37,716 bases of DNA from a virus. Lineage: Duplodnaviria > Caudoviricetes. Within the stretch, counting starts at the first letter, position 1. Every line of letters starts with the position of its first letter. A program made the translations under genes and the position numbers. The DNA is taken from positions 1-37,716 of IMG/VR virus record IMGVR_UViG_3300049140_000069. The stretch is one strand, 5' to 3'. Shown one piece after another: positions 1-8,203 of the stretch. The notes under the pieces were generated by a model. The model was given only the letters and a program-made list of their open reading frames with translations. It ran no database searches and had not been told where the DNA came from.

Positions 1-136
1 GCTTGTTGGCCTCGCGGACCTTCTCGGAGAGCTTCTTGTGACCCTCCTCGTCGAGCCAGCAGATGAAGCCCTGCGGGTGGGGGCGCGGCGGCCGGATCGG
101 CAGCGGCTCCTTCGCGCGCTCGTGTTCGACGCTCAC
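1..136 (-). CDS. Hypothetical protein, runs off the left edge (MSVEHERAKEPLP...)
   Basis: GTG overlaps the upstream TGA (GTGA coupling); GGGAGG RBS. Confidence 0.6.
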   Translation of the reverse strand, partial: MSVEHERAKEPLPIRPPRPHPQGFICWLDEEGHKKLSEKVREANK

Positions 137-369
137 GACACCTCCCGCACCGCGTGCAGGTGACGGACACGGGCCCGCGGCTCGGGCGCCGCAGTGGCCG
201 GGGTGAACCAGTGGCCCATCCGGCGCTGCGTTACCGGGTCGGTGAACGACACCAGCACTGCCGGCGACTCGCCGTCCCACGCGGGCAGTTCGTCCACGAT
301 CCTCTGCATCGCCGTCTGCAGCAGCTGCAGCCGCTCCCGCTCGTTGAGCTTCGGGGCGTCCACGGTCAC
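133..369 (-). CDS. Hypothetical protein
   Basis: ORF track; GTGA-coupled on both sides. Confidence 0.65.
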   Translation of the reverse strand: MTVDAPKLNERERLQLLQTAMQRIVDELPAWDGESPAVLVSFTDPVTQRRMGHWFTPATAAPEPRARVRHLHAVREVS

Positions 370-488
370 CACCCCCGCACCTTCAGCGCGCGGCGGCGGG
401 CGACGGGCTCGCGGGGCAGCGGCGGCAGGTCCGGCGTGGGCTCCGGCCGGGGGCCACGCGTCGGCAGCTTCTCGTCGGCGGCGGTCAC
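366..488 (-). CDS. 40-aa hypothetical protein (MTAADEKLPTRGPRPEP...)
   Basis: Fills the gap exactly, with GTGA overlaps at both ends. Confidence 0.55.
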   Translation of the reverse strand: MTAADEKLPTRGPRPEPTPDLPPLPREPVARRRALKVRGW

Positions 489-766
489 GACGCCAACCCG
501 ATCAGGTCGAGGCGGCCGGCCTTGGCGAGGACGGTACGGGCGGCGGCCATGATGTCCTCGGCAGCGGCCAGCGAATCGGCGTCCAGGTCCGTGAGCTTGC
601 CAGCCTCGGCGAGCGCCGCGAACTGCACCGCGTGCAACGCCGCCGTCTCGTACTGGGCGACCGCACGAATCAGCGGGAACTCGGACTGCAAGCGGGCCAG
701 CGCCTCGACGGCGGCCGGCGTGAGCGGGGCGGTGCGGGTGGGGGTCTCGACGGTGGTGGACATCAC
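485..766 (-). CDS. Hypothetical protein
   Basis: 93-aa ORF, AAGGAGG RBS, coupled to the upstream gene. Confidence 0.7.
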   Translation of the reverse strand: MMSTTVETPTRTAPLTPAAVEALARLQSEFPLIRAVAQYETAALHAVQFAALAEAGKLTDLDADSLAAAEDIMAAARTVLAKAGRLDLIGLAS

Positions 767-963
767 GCCGCCTCCTTGGGGGCTTCGATGGGATCCGTCG
801 AATTCAGGACGGACTCGGGGATGCGGAGGGCGCCAGTGGCGCCGTCTCCGGGCTTGTAGGGCTGGCCGTTCCTGTAGGCCGGGAGAAAGCCCTGGTGGAT
901 CCAGCGGTAGACAGTCGCGGGGTGCACTCGGAAGTGCATCGCGACGTCCCGAACTCGCAGCAT
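763..963 (-). CDS. Excisionase-like (HTH_17/MerR-type) DNA-binding protein
   Basis: LRVRDVAMHFRVHPATVYRWIHQG...LRIP pattern; GGAGG RBS. Confidence 0.85.
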   Translation of the reverse strand: MLRVRDVAMHFRVHPATVYRWIHQGFLPAYRNGQPYKPGDGATGALRIPESVLNSTDPIEAPKEAA

Positions 964-999
964 TGCGCCTCCGATCGAGTGCTTCGCATCTGTCAGCAG

Positions 1000-1029
1000 A
1001 CGTTAATAGCTTACGTATCTAGGTAGCAA
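1000..1029 (-). promoter_or_regulatory. Leftward promoter in an AT-richer divergent region
   Basis: Minus strand TTGCTA-18 nt-TAACGT. Confidence 0.5.
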
Positions 1030-1137
1030 GCTCTGCGGCATGGATCTGGCCAGACATGACCCGATAGGCGTAAGCATCAAGGGATTAAGGTGGGGAGGTC
1101 AGCAGCCACACAGGCAGCAGGAGAGGAGGCGCCAGAG

Positions 1138-1668
1138 ATGGCCGATAAGCAGCGACAGTCCGACTCGCTTGCCTACGTCACACCACAGGGAAGCGGACAA
1201 GCCGACGCCTGGAGCAGGGAAGCCGGCAAGCGAGGAGGACAACAACTCACCGAGGTTGCCGAGGTCGTCCCGCCCAGTGCCGTAGCCGAGGCGCTGCACC
1301 TCTCCCCCGGCGAACCGGCAGTCGTCCGGCGCCGCGCCATCTCGTTCGACGGGGACGTGATCGAACTCGCCGATTCGTACTACCCGACTGCCATCGCCCG
1401 CGGCACAGCCCTCGCCGAGAAGCGCAAGATCAAGGGCGGCGCCCCGACACTGCTGGCAGAACTCGGCTACCAGGCCCGCCACGTCAACGAAGATTTGGAG
1501 TTCCGGGCCGCCACCAAGGCCGAACTCGATGCGCTGGCCCTGCCCGAGGGAGCCAGCATCCTCAACCTGCTACGCACCACATCCACCGAAGACGGGAGCC
1601 CTTTCGAAGTGCAGCTCATGGTCATGAAGGCGCCTCGCCGCCTCCACTACAAGATCGAGGTCGACTGA
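1138..1668 (+). CDS. Stand-alone UTRA-domain protein (GntR/HutC effector domain, no HTH)
   Basis: VAEALHLSPGEPAVVRRR...IELADSYYP...GTALAE; paralogous to the C-terminus of the next gene; GAGGAGG RBS. Confidence 0.85.
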   Translation: MADKQRQSDSLAYVTPQGSGQADAWSREAGKRGGQQLTEVAEVVPPSAVAEALHLSPGEPAVVRRRAISFDGDVIELADSYYPTAIARGTALAEKRKIKGGAPTLLAELGYQARHVNEDLEFRAATKAELDALALPEGASILNLLRTTSTEDGSPFEVQLMVMKAPRRLHYKIEVD

Positions 1669-1669
1669 C

Positions 1670-2434
1670 ATGCCTGAACCGCACGAGGACAAGCGCCCCA
1701 AGGCTGAACGGATCGCCGCCGAGATCAGAAAGCTGATCATGTCCGGTGACTGGGCGCCCGGCGCGCAGGTCCCTACGAACAGCCAGCTTCAGGATCAGTT
1801 CAACACCACGAACGTCACCGTCCAGCGCGCCCTGCAAATCCTCAAAGACGAGAAGTTCCTTGAGGGGCAGGTCGGCGTCGGCGTTTTCGTGCGTGGCGAT
1901 CGCGCGCAGACGATCCAGCCAGCCCACTACATCGAACCTTCCGAGCCGGGCCGGCCGTACCGGTGGCTGTCGGAGGCTACGAAACGAGGGCAGCGCAGCA
2001 AGTACAAGATGATCGCGGTCGGGGAAGTCGTTCCACCCGTAGAGGTCGCCCGCGCTCTCCGTCTCGAAGAAGGCGACACCGCGATGCTCCGGTCCCGCAT
2101 CGGTTTTCTCGACGATCAGCCGGCCGAACTCGTGCACTCTTACTACCCGGTCGAGTTGGCACGCGGCACGCGGCTGGCGGACCGTCGGCTCATCCCAGGC
2201 GGATCGCCTGCCCTGCTGGAGGAGATGGGCTACCCGACTCGCTCCCAAGATGACGCGGTGGGAGCGCGACCTGCTACGACGGAGGAGTACGAGGCGCTTG
2301 AGATCCCCCGCGACGTGCCGGTGCTCGAGGTCTTCCGCATCGTCTATAGCAACGGCGATGAGCCGATCGAGGTCACGCTGCTGACGAAGCCAGCCCACCG
2401 GTTCAAAATGGGTTACCACATCGAAGTGCCCTGA
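1670..2434 (+). CDS. GntR family (HutC/KorSA-like) regulator, wHTH plus UTRA
   Basis: IAAEIRKLIMSGDWAPGAQVPT...VQRALQILKDE...GVGVFV then UTRA domain. Confidence 0.92.
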   Translation: MPEPHEDKRPKAERIAAEIRKLIMSGDWAPGAQVPTNSQLQDQFNTTNVTVQRALQILKDEKFLEGQVGVGVFVRGDRAQTIQPAHYIEPSEPGRPYRWLSEATKRGQRSKYKMIAVGEVVPPVEVARALRLEEGDTAMLRSRIGFLDDQPAELVHSYYPVELARGTRLADRRLIPGGSPALLEEMGYPTRSQDDAVGARPATTEEYEALEIPRDVPVLEVFRIVYSNGDEPIEVTLLTKPAHRFKMGYHIEVP

Positions 2435-2450
2435 CGCCCCGCCAGCCTGC

Positions 2451-2474
2451 GCCCCCGACCTGCCGGTCGGGGGC
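2451..2474 (+). terminator. Intrinsic terminator hairpin
   Basis: GCCCCCGACC-tgcc-GGTCGGGGGC then TTCT. Confidence 0.75.
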
Positions 2475-2572
2475 TTCTGCGTTCCCGACCCAACGGCTTG
2501 ATACAAAGACGCTTAAGCCTTACGGTCGACTACGTGAGGGTGGCTCACGCCACACACTCAGTTAGGAGCGGC

Positions 2573-3085
2573 ATGCCTGAGACCGCCGAGCGCACCGCGC
2601 TCTACCGCCTGTACACGACGAACCGCAAGGACGGCCTTCCCGCCTTCCTCGCCGAGCTCTACCCGTACCGCATCGCCTCCTGGCACTACATGGGTACGGC
2701 CGGAAGCTGCCAGAACGGCGGACCCGGCATCTACTACAGCCCATACGACTGGGACTCCGACAACTGCGTTGGCTTGCAGCTCGAAGTCGAGTGGGGGCGG
2801 CCCAGGATTCCGAGAAAGCCGCTGAAGCAGGTCTCCGTCGATACGCCGACCGCTCTGTACCGCCTTCGCGACAAGGGCGGCACCCTGCTCTATGTCGGTA
2901 TCAGCAGCGATCCTCTGCGTCGCTGGCCCGAGCACGCATCTGACAAGCCGTGGTGGTCGGACGTCTCCGATCTGTCGCTGGAGTGGTTCGAGGACCGTCC
3001 TGCCGCGCTCGCGGCTGAGGCTCGCGCCATCCGGACGGAGAAGCCGCTGCACAACGTCGTTCACAACGGAGAAGCTGCAGCCTGA
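2573..3085 (+). CDS. GIY-YIG nuclease family protein with extra N-terminal segment
   Basis: LYRL...LLYVGIS, RRWPEH, AEARAI, PLHN; AGGAG RBS. Confidence 0.85.
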   Translation: MPETAERTALYRLYTTNRKDGLPAFLAELYPYRIASWHYMGTAGSCQNGGPGIYYSPYDWDSDNCVGLQLEVEWGRPRIPRKPLKQVSVDTPTALYRLRDKGGTLLYVGISSDPLRRWPEHASDKPWWSDVSDLSLEWFEDRPAALAAEARAIRTEKPLHNVVHNGEAAA

Positions 3086-3578
3086 GGCTTCGCCTGTCCT
3101 CACTACGGTCGGTGTGCGCCGGCTGTCCTGTCCGTTTCGTGTTTGATTTGCGGCCTATCGTTCGCTTGCATGGGTGATCGACCGGGCGAGCGAACGACTG
3201 GACGTGCGATGTCCGGTTGGAGCGTCATCCGCTTCCGCCTGTCGCTGCAGGTGGGCAGGGCGACTGTGCGAATTGCAGCCCCCACCGACGCGGGTTGGCG
3301 GTTTCGGTCTACGGTCCTACGTGGCGGTCGGCTGAGGCTGCCGACTGGGGAGAGCATGCCCGTTTCAGCCATTCGAGGATCACCACATCGGGAGGTGTAC
3401 AGGGTGGGGCGAAGTAGACATCGCGAAAAATCCACGCAGGTCGCCTCGGCTGACATGCCCACGAAAGTGAGAATATGTCACTCCACCGCAGGTCAGAGCG
3501 CTACTGAATCCGTCCGCCGCTCTTACGGAAGTCGTCGCGGACTGTCGTAAGTTCTGCTCGCTCCTCCGGGAATGCGAA

Positions 3579-3631
3579 CGGCCGGGTGGTCGCCACCACC
3601 CGGCCGAAGTAACCGCGAGTCGCCACTCGCG
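3579..3631 (+). promoter_or_regulatory. Twin leader hairpins with identical GT-CGCC-AC apex
   Basis: 12-bp stem at 3579-3606 and 7-bp stem at 3614-3631, upstream of gene 3668. Confidence 0.6.
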
Positions 3632-3667
3632 ATCAGCCAACCTGTCTCGTCCAAGAGAAGAGGTCTC

Positions 3668-4111
3668 GTGAACACTGTAGCTTCTGGGTGCAAGGTTGCA
3701 CCTGCCGTCGTCTCCTCTGTCCCGCGTCTGGTGCCGGCGTCGATCGGCCGTCCGGGTCGCGTTCAGACGGTCCACGTGCCGTGCCCCAGCTGGTGCCACG
3801 TCGATCACGTCGAGAACCGTGAGGTCGCCGTGGAGGACATCACGCACTACGGTCCGGGCGGTGGTGTGCAGGTGCCGGACATGAGCGACGACTCGACGGC
3901 CGTCCTGGAGTGGTACGTGAACATCATCGCGGATCCGGCGGCGTCGGACCCGCGGTTGCGGGCCGCGCATCTGGTCGTCGCGGACGGTGCCAGCGCGAAT
4001 GACGCGCACTTGTCGGAGGTGCAGGCGGAGGAGTTGGCGGGCGCCCTGGAGCGTCTGGCGTCGGACATCCGGCGGGCGTTGGCTGTGTGTCGGGCAACCA
4101 ACGTCGCGTAG
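3668..4111 (+). CDS. Hypothetical protein (DUF6907-like, CPSWC..DH motif)
   Basis: CPSWCHVDH...EDITH motif; AGAGG RBS before GTG. Confidence 0.75.
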   Translation: MNTVASGCKVAPAVVSSVPRLVPASIGRPGRVQTVHVPCPSWCHVDHVENREVAVEDITHYGPGGGVQVPDMSDDSTAVLEWYVNIIADPAASDPRLRAAHLVVADGASANDAHLSEVQAEELAGALERLASDIRRALAVCRATNVA

Positions 4112-4130
4112 CTGTAGCCCCACCCGCCTC

Positions 4131-4160
4131 GCCCCCGTGTCGACAAGCCGACACGGGGGC
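4131..4160 (+). terminator. Terminator hairpin
   Basis: GCCCCCGTGTCG-6-CGACACGGGGGC then TTC. Confidence 0.75.
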
Positions 4161-4252
4161 TTCGCGCGCCGGTTTCGCGCCCTTGTGGCTGTACCGGGCG
4201 CCCCGGACCGTTGTGCGCAGGTGTTGTTTCGCGTCGACGACAGGGGGCTTTC

Positions 4253-4498
4253 GTGCGGCGAGGGTTGAACGATGCGCTGGGCTGGTTGCTGCTGCGGGTA
4301 GCGGTGGTACTGCACCGGACGGCGGCCAGCAGGGAGGCGACGAGACGGCTCCGGCAGCGGCGGAACGAGGCGTTGCGACGGGCGCATCGACGGGGCGTTC
4401 CGGTCGAAGTCCTCGCGGCCCGGCTGGGGCTGACGCACTCCTGGGTGCGGTATGTGATCCGGGATCCGAAGCGGGCGGCCGTCGAGGAGGCCGCGTAG
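4253..4498 (+). CDS. Small HTH protein
   Basis: RRAHRRGVPVEVLAARLGLTHSWVRYVI; AGGGGG RBS. Confidence 0.65.
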   Translation: MRRGLNDALGWLLLRVAVVLHRTAASREATRRLRQRRNEALRRAHRRGVPVEVLAARLGLTHSWVRYVIRDPKRAAVEEAA

Positions 4499-4506
4499 AT
4501 GGGCAC

Positions 4507-4545
4507 GCGAGAAGCCCCCGCCCATCCTGGGCGGGGGCTTCTCGC
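4507..4545. terminator. Bidirectional terminator between convergent genes
   Basis: Perfect 18-bp stem GCGAGAAGCCCCCGCCCA/TGGGCGGGGGCTTCTCGC. Confidence 0.85.
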
Positions 4546-4549
4546 ACGG

Positions 4550-4948
4550 TCAGAGCAGGCCGCGGCGCTTGAGGTCGCCGATCGCGGCGTCGCGGATGGC
4601 TCTGATCTGTGGTGCGGACAGGTCGCTGTGGGCGGCGATGCCTGCGAGGAGGGCTTGGCTGATGTCCTCTTCGGTGATCGACCTGGTTGATGCAGCGTTC
4701 TCGTCGTTGATCGCGGCACCAGCGCCTTCGAGGATGCTGACGCAGGTGCCGGGCGGCCAGCCGAGGACCTTGTCGAGCGCTATGTAGGTGCTGTCTCGGG
4801 CCGCTCGGCCGTCTTCGACCTTCATGAACGCGTCTTTCGACATGCCAGCCTTTACGGCCAGGTCGTAGACGGTTAGACCGAGTTCCGACCGGCGTATGCG
4901 AACGCGGCGGGCGAGCTGCGAGTAGTTGCGGGTTCCGTCGGCAGTCAC
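4550..4948 (-). CDS. XRE family HTH regulator, probably leaderless
   Basis: RVRIRRSELGLTVYDLAVKAGMS...VEDGR...LDKVLGWPPG; CATACT -10 box 7 nt before GTG. Confidence 0.85.
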   Translation of the reverse strand: MTADGTRNYSQLARRVRIRRSELGLTVYDLAVKAGMSKDAFMKVEDGRAARDSTYIALDKVLGWPPGTCVSILEGAGAAINDENAASTRSITEEDISQALLAGIAAHSDLSAPQIRAIRDAAIGDLKRRGLL

Positions 4949-5059
4949 GGTGGCGAGTATGCCGATTCCGGCTAGTCAGTAGCAGCGGTTAGTCGGAATC
5001 CGACGCGTTTCCTACGCCGCTCGCCGTTCCGCGATCGGCAGCCGACGGCATCGCGCTGT

Positions 5060-5944
5060 CTACCGGCGCCAGACGTTGACCTTCTCTGTGGACAGCAGCG
5101 GCGCGCCTTCCGGGCCCTTCACGTAGGAGGGCACCCACGTCTGGCGGCGCAGTGACCTCTCTGGGCCGTAAGCCTGGTTCCGCCAGTGCCCGGAGACGAT
5201 CCACCTGTGCCGATACCGCCGGCCATCAGATCCGGCGTCGGACTCCTTGGCGGACGGCCTGTACTGGCGGCGCAGCGCGACCAGTGTGACGCCGTCGTCC
5301 GGCAGGCCGGCCCGGCGCAGCGACCGGGCGTCCGTCCGCCCGGGCTCCACAGTGGTCCGGTCGATGAGCTGCGGCTGCTGCACGAGGTGCCACATCGCTG
5401 CGAGCGCTGCGACGATCGGCCTGGAGGGGCGCATGCCCTCATGTGCGGGCAGGTCGTCCAGCGAGACGGGCTCGTCCGTCACCGGCAGCCTGACCTCACG
5501 CACCGCCAGCAGCGGCGGCACACGACTGACGTCCGCGCCGGGCAGCTGCGCCAGGAGTTCAGGCCCGTTCAACAGATGCCACACGATCAGCGTGGAATCG
5601 GGCCCGGGTCCCCAGGCGAGAGCCTGTACGGGGGCGTGGATGCCGGGGGCGACGTCGACCATTCCGAGGCCGCCGTCGAACACGGCGAGCCCGATCGGGG
5701 ACGGGCGGTCGACGGTCGCCCACCGTGCCGCGGCGAGGCTCTGCCCGGCGTGCATGGCGAGCGCGGTCATGTCGTCGCTGATCCAGTACAGGTCGGCTGC
5801 CCGCAGGTGGCTGACCATGCGGTCCAAAACCTGGTCATCACTGGGTAGCAGGATCGGATCACGGGCGTGGCCCAGACCGAGGCCGGTGATCCGGCGAATG
5901 GTCTGGGCTCGCGCCTTGGGGAGACTGCGAGGGCGCAGGGTCAT
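5060..5944 (-). CDS. Phage hypothetical protein with C-terminal HRWIVSGHWRNQ...KGPEGAP motif
   Basis: ATG coupled to the upstream TGA; 294 aa; motif recalled from actinophage proteins. Confidence 0.75.
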   Translation of the reverse strand: MTLRPRSLPKARAQTIRRITGLGLGHARDPILLPSDDQVLDRMVSHLRAADLYWISDDMTALAMHAGQSLAAARWATVDRPSPIGLAVFDGGLGMVDVAPGIHAPVQALAWGPGPDSTLIVWHLLNGPELLAQLPGADVSRVPPLLAVREVRLPVTDEPVSLDDLPAHEGMRPSRPIVAALAAMWHLVQQPQLIDRTTVEPGRTDARSLRRAGLPDDGVTLVALRRQYRPSAKESDAGSDGRRYRHRWIVSGHWRNQAYGPERSLRRQTWVPSYVKGPEGAPLLSTEKVNVWRR

Positions 5945-6252
5945 CAGGTACCTGCCGGAGCTGTGCGGCGCACGCCGCGGAAACGGTTGACGAACTTGCC
6001 AAGACGGCGCCTGGTTCCATTGCTTCCGCCCCCGTCCCACCACCGCCAGGCCAGGTAGCCGGCAGCGGCACCCGAAATGCTGGCGGCGATCGTGTTCCCG
6101 GTGACGAAGCCGCCGATACAGACGGCGATCTGGCTGAGGGCGAGCAGGCCGTAGGTCGTCGTAACTGAGATCCATCCGATCATCCGGGCTGCTAAGGCCA
6201 GCATCACGATGCTCATTCCAGCTACGAAGAGGGGGAGGAAGTCGGAGTTCAC
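5944..6252 (-). CDS. Small membrane protein (about 3 TM segments)
   Basis: Hydrophobic segments, basic tail, GTGA coupling. Confidence 0.75.
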   Translation of the reverse strand: MNSDFLPLFVAGMSIVMLALAARMIGWISVTTTYGLLALSQIAVCIGGFVTGNTIAASISGAAAGYLAWRWWDGGGSNGTRRRLGKFVNRFRGVRRTAPAGT

Positions 6253-7277
6253 GCGACGGCCCCTTCGACCTCGTCGTCGGCGTAGTTGATGCGGGCGCCG
6301 GTCTGGGCGGCGGCGCGGGCGCAGGCTCGCCGGTGCCAGGACGCCGACCAGCCGTGCAAGCCTTCCGACCAGCTGGTGCCGCTCACCGCGGCCTCGTACT
6401 CCTTGTCGTTGCGGTAGGTGATCAGCGTGTTGTCGTCGGAGTCCTCCAGGCTGGCGATCAGCTTGGCGACGACAGCGTCGGTGGCGGCCTTCAGTTCGGC
6501 GATCTCGGGGCGGATACGGCCGGGGATCGGGTCGCGTCCCTGTTCCCAGGACACCAGCGTGCGCGGGTTCACGCTGAGCTTCTGCGCCATCTTGTCGCCG
6601 GTCAGGCCCAGGGATTCGCGGGCGGTCCGCAACTCGGCCTGTGTCAGCGGGTCTTCGTTCGCCAGTTCGTCGCGCAGTTCCTTCAGGTAGTCGTCCAGGC
6701 CGTGGCAGACGGCGACCTTGCTGCCGTTGCAGGCTGCCAGGTCCGCGAGGATTTCCTGCTCGATCTCCTCCAGTCGGGCGTCAGTAGTGTCGGCGGTGAT
6801 GCCGTACTCGTCGGCCTCCTGGCCGTTGGTGGCACCGTTGATGTCCCACTCGGTCACGATGTCGATCCTGTCGAAGCCCTGCGTGGCCTCGTCGAGATCG
6901 CCGTAGCCCAGGTTGAGGCCCAGGTGCTCCCGGATTTCCTCCTCGGCGGCCTGCGCGTCCTCACCGAGCACGGCGACCATGTTGTTGCCGTCCCACTCCT
7001 CTTCCCAGTCGGCGAGGATCCGGTCGGCGAGCGGGGCGATCTCGTGCAGGACCCGGTTCGCGGCCTCAGCGGTGAGGACGGGGATCCTGTAGCGGCGGTC
7101 GAAGCCGTGGTGGACGGTGCCGGGCTTCCCGTTGCCGATCTCACTGTCGTAGTCGGCGTACAGCTTTCCGGCCTTCAAGTCGAGCTCGATGTAGGCGGGC
7201 TGCGGCTCGAGTTCGCCGTCGTAGTGGCGGTACAGCTCGGTGGGTTCGGTGCACTCGATGATGCGGACCTTGGTCAT
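6249..7277 (-). CDS. Acidic N-terminal domain fused to an Aca2/YdiL-like (DUF1870) HTH domain
   Basis: C-terminus ELRTARESLGL...RTLVSWEQGRDPIP...LITYRNDKEY...W; AAAGGAAA RBS. Confidence 0.75.
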   Translation of the reverse strand: MTKVRIIECTEPTELYRHYDGELEPQPAYIELDLKAGKLYADYDSEIGNGKPGTVHHGFDRRYRIPVLTAEAANRVLHEIAPLADRILADWEEEWDGNNMVAVLGEDAQAAEEEIREHLGLNLGYGDLDEATQGFDRIDIVTEWDINGATNGQEADEYGITADTTDARLEEIEQEILADLAACNGSKVAVCHGLDDYLKELRDELANEDPLTQAELRTARESLGLTGDKMAQKLSVNPRTLVSWEQGRDPIPGRIRPEIAELKAATDAVVAKLIASLEDSDDNTLITYRNDKEYEAAVSGTSWSEGLHGWSASWHRRACARAAAQTGARINYADDEVEGAVA

Positions 7278-7335
7278 GGTGTTGGTTTCCTTTTCGGGGA
7301 GGAGGCGCGGCGGTGTGGACGTCAGCGAGGCTGGC

Positions 7336-7599
7336 TCAGCGGTCGCTTTTTGCGGACTCCTGGAGTCGGGCGAGCTGCTCCTTGAGCCGCTGGATCTCGT
7401 CGCCCTGCTCCGCGATGACCCGGTCCTGCGCGGTGATCGTGCGGTTCCGGTCGGCCACGCGCTCGTTCAGCGCGGCGATCTGGGCGCGCTGCCGTTCGAT
7501 CTTCGCGTCCTGCTTGGCGATCTGACGCTTCTGTCCGTCGATCTTCGTCAGCAGGTCTTCCTTGCTGGAGTCCTGAGAGACGCGGAAGGAGGCGGTCAT
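7336..7599 (-). CDS. Coiled-coil protein, 87 aa
   Basis: Heptads I..Q...I..Q; AAAGGGAA RBS. Confidence 0.75.
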   Translation of the reverse strand: MTASFRVSQDSSKEDLLTKIDGQKRQIAKQDAKIERQRAQIAALNERVADRNRTITAQDRVIAEQGDEIQRLKEQLARLQESAKSDR

Positions 7600-7637
7600 G
7601 GCGGTTCCCTTTCCGGGGTGGCGTGCGGGAGGAGGAG

Positions 7638-8144
7638 TCAGAGGGCGGCGATGGCGGCGCGGACGGCGCTGAAGATGCGGTCGGCGATTTCGTCGCGGTC
7701 GAGGCTGCGGGGGTTGCCCCAGCCCCACTTGATGTGGACCTTGCCGTCGGCGGCGTCGAAGTAGACCTTGTCGACGGCGGTGGCGAGCCGGCCGCCCTCG
7801 GCGTTGGAGATCTTGTCGCCGTCGAGGGTGGCGTAGCTGATGCTGCCGGACTTGTAGTGGTCGAGTTCCAGGCCGGGGATGGTCTCGAAGTCGTTGAGGT
7901 AGACGCGGTCGTGGCCGTTCTTCTGCCAGCGGCGGCCGCCGATGGCGGTCATCGTCTCGACGGAGTAGACGATCTGGCGGGCGGGGCGCTTCATCTTGCC
8001 GATGGCGATGCGGGCGGCGAGGGAGGCGGTGTCGATGATCCAGCGGCCGGCCTGCTTGATGGCGGCGACGGCTCCGATGCGGCACCAGGTGCGGACGGTG
8101 TCGACGCTGACGCCTGCCTGGTCGGCTGCGAGGGTGGTGTTCAT
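7638..8144 (-). CDS. HTH_17-like N-terminus fused to a domain of unknown function
   Basis: AADQAGVSVDTVRTWCRIGAVAAIKQAGRWII; C-terminal RWQKNGHDRVYLN...YKSGSISYATLDGDKISN. Confidence 0.8.
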   Translation of the reverse strand: MNTTLAADQAGVSVDTVRTWCRIGAVAAIKQAGRWIIDTASLAARIAIGKMKRPARQIVYSVETMTAIGGRRWQKNGHDRVYLNDFETIPGLELDHYKSGSISYATLDGDKISNAEGGRLATAVDKVYFDAADGKVHIKWGWGNPRSLDRDEIADRIFSAVRAAIAAL

Positions 8145-8203
8145 GGGGCTCTCCGAGTCACTTACGGAGCGGGCTGGGGCTGCTCCCCTGCCTCACACCC
8201 ATG

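Noticed and set aside
3103-3550. ORFs 3143-3550 (+), 3217-3417 (+), 3103-3462 (-)
   Set aside because: No RBS, atypical codon usage, no recognisable motif; a degenerate gene cannot be excluded
3380-4719. Long minus-strand ORFs (381, 290, 207 aa) and similar antisense ORFs elsewhere (e.g. 6333-7385, 31102-32265)
   Set aside because: Arg/Pro-rich shadow frames of real genes, expected in high-GC DNA
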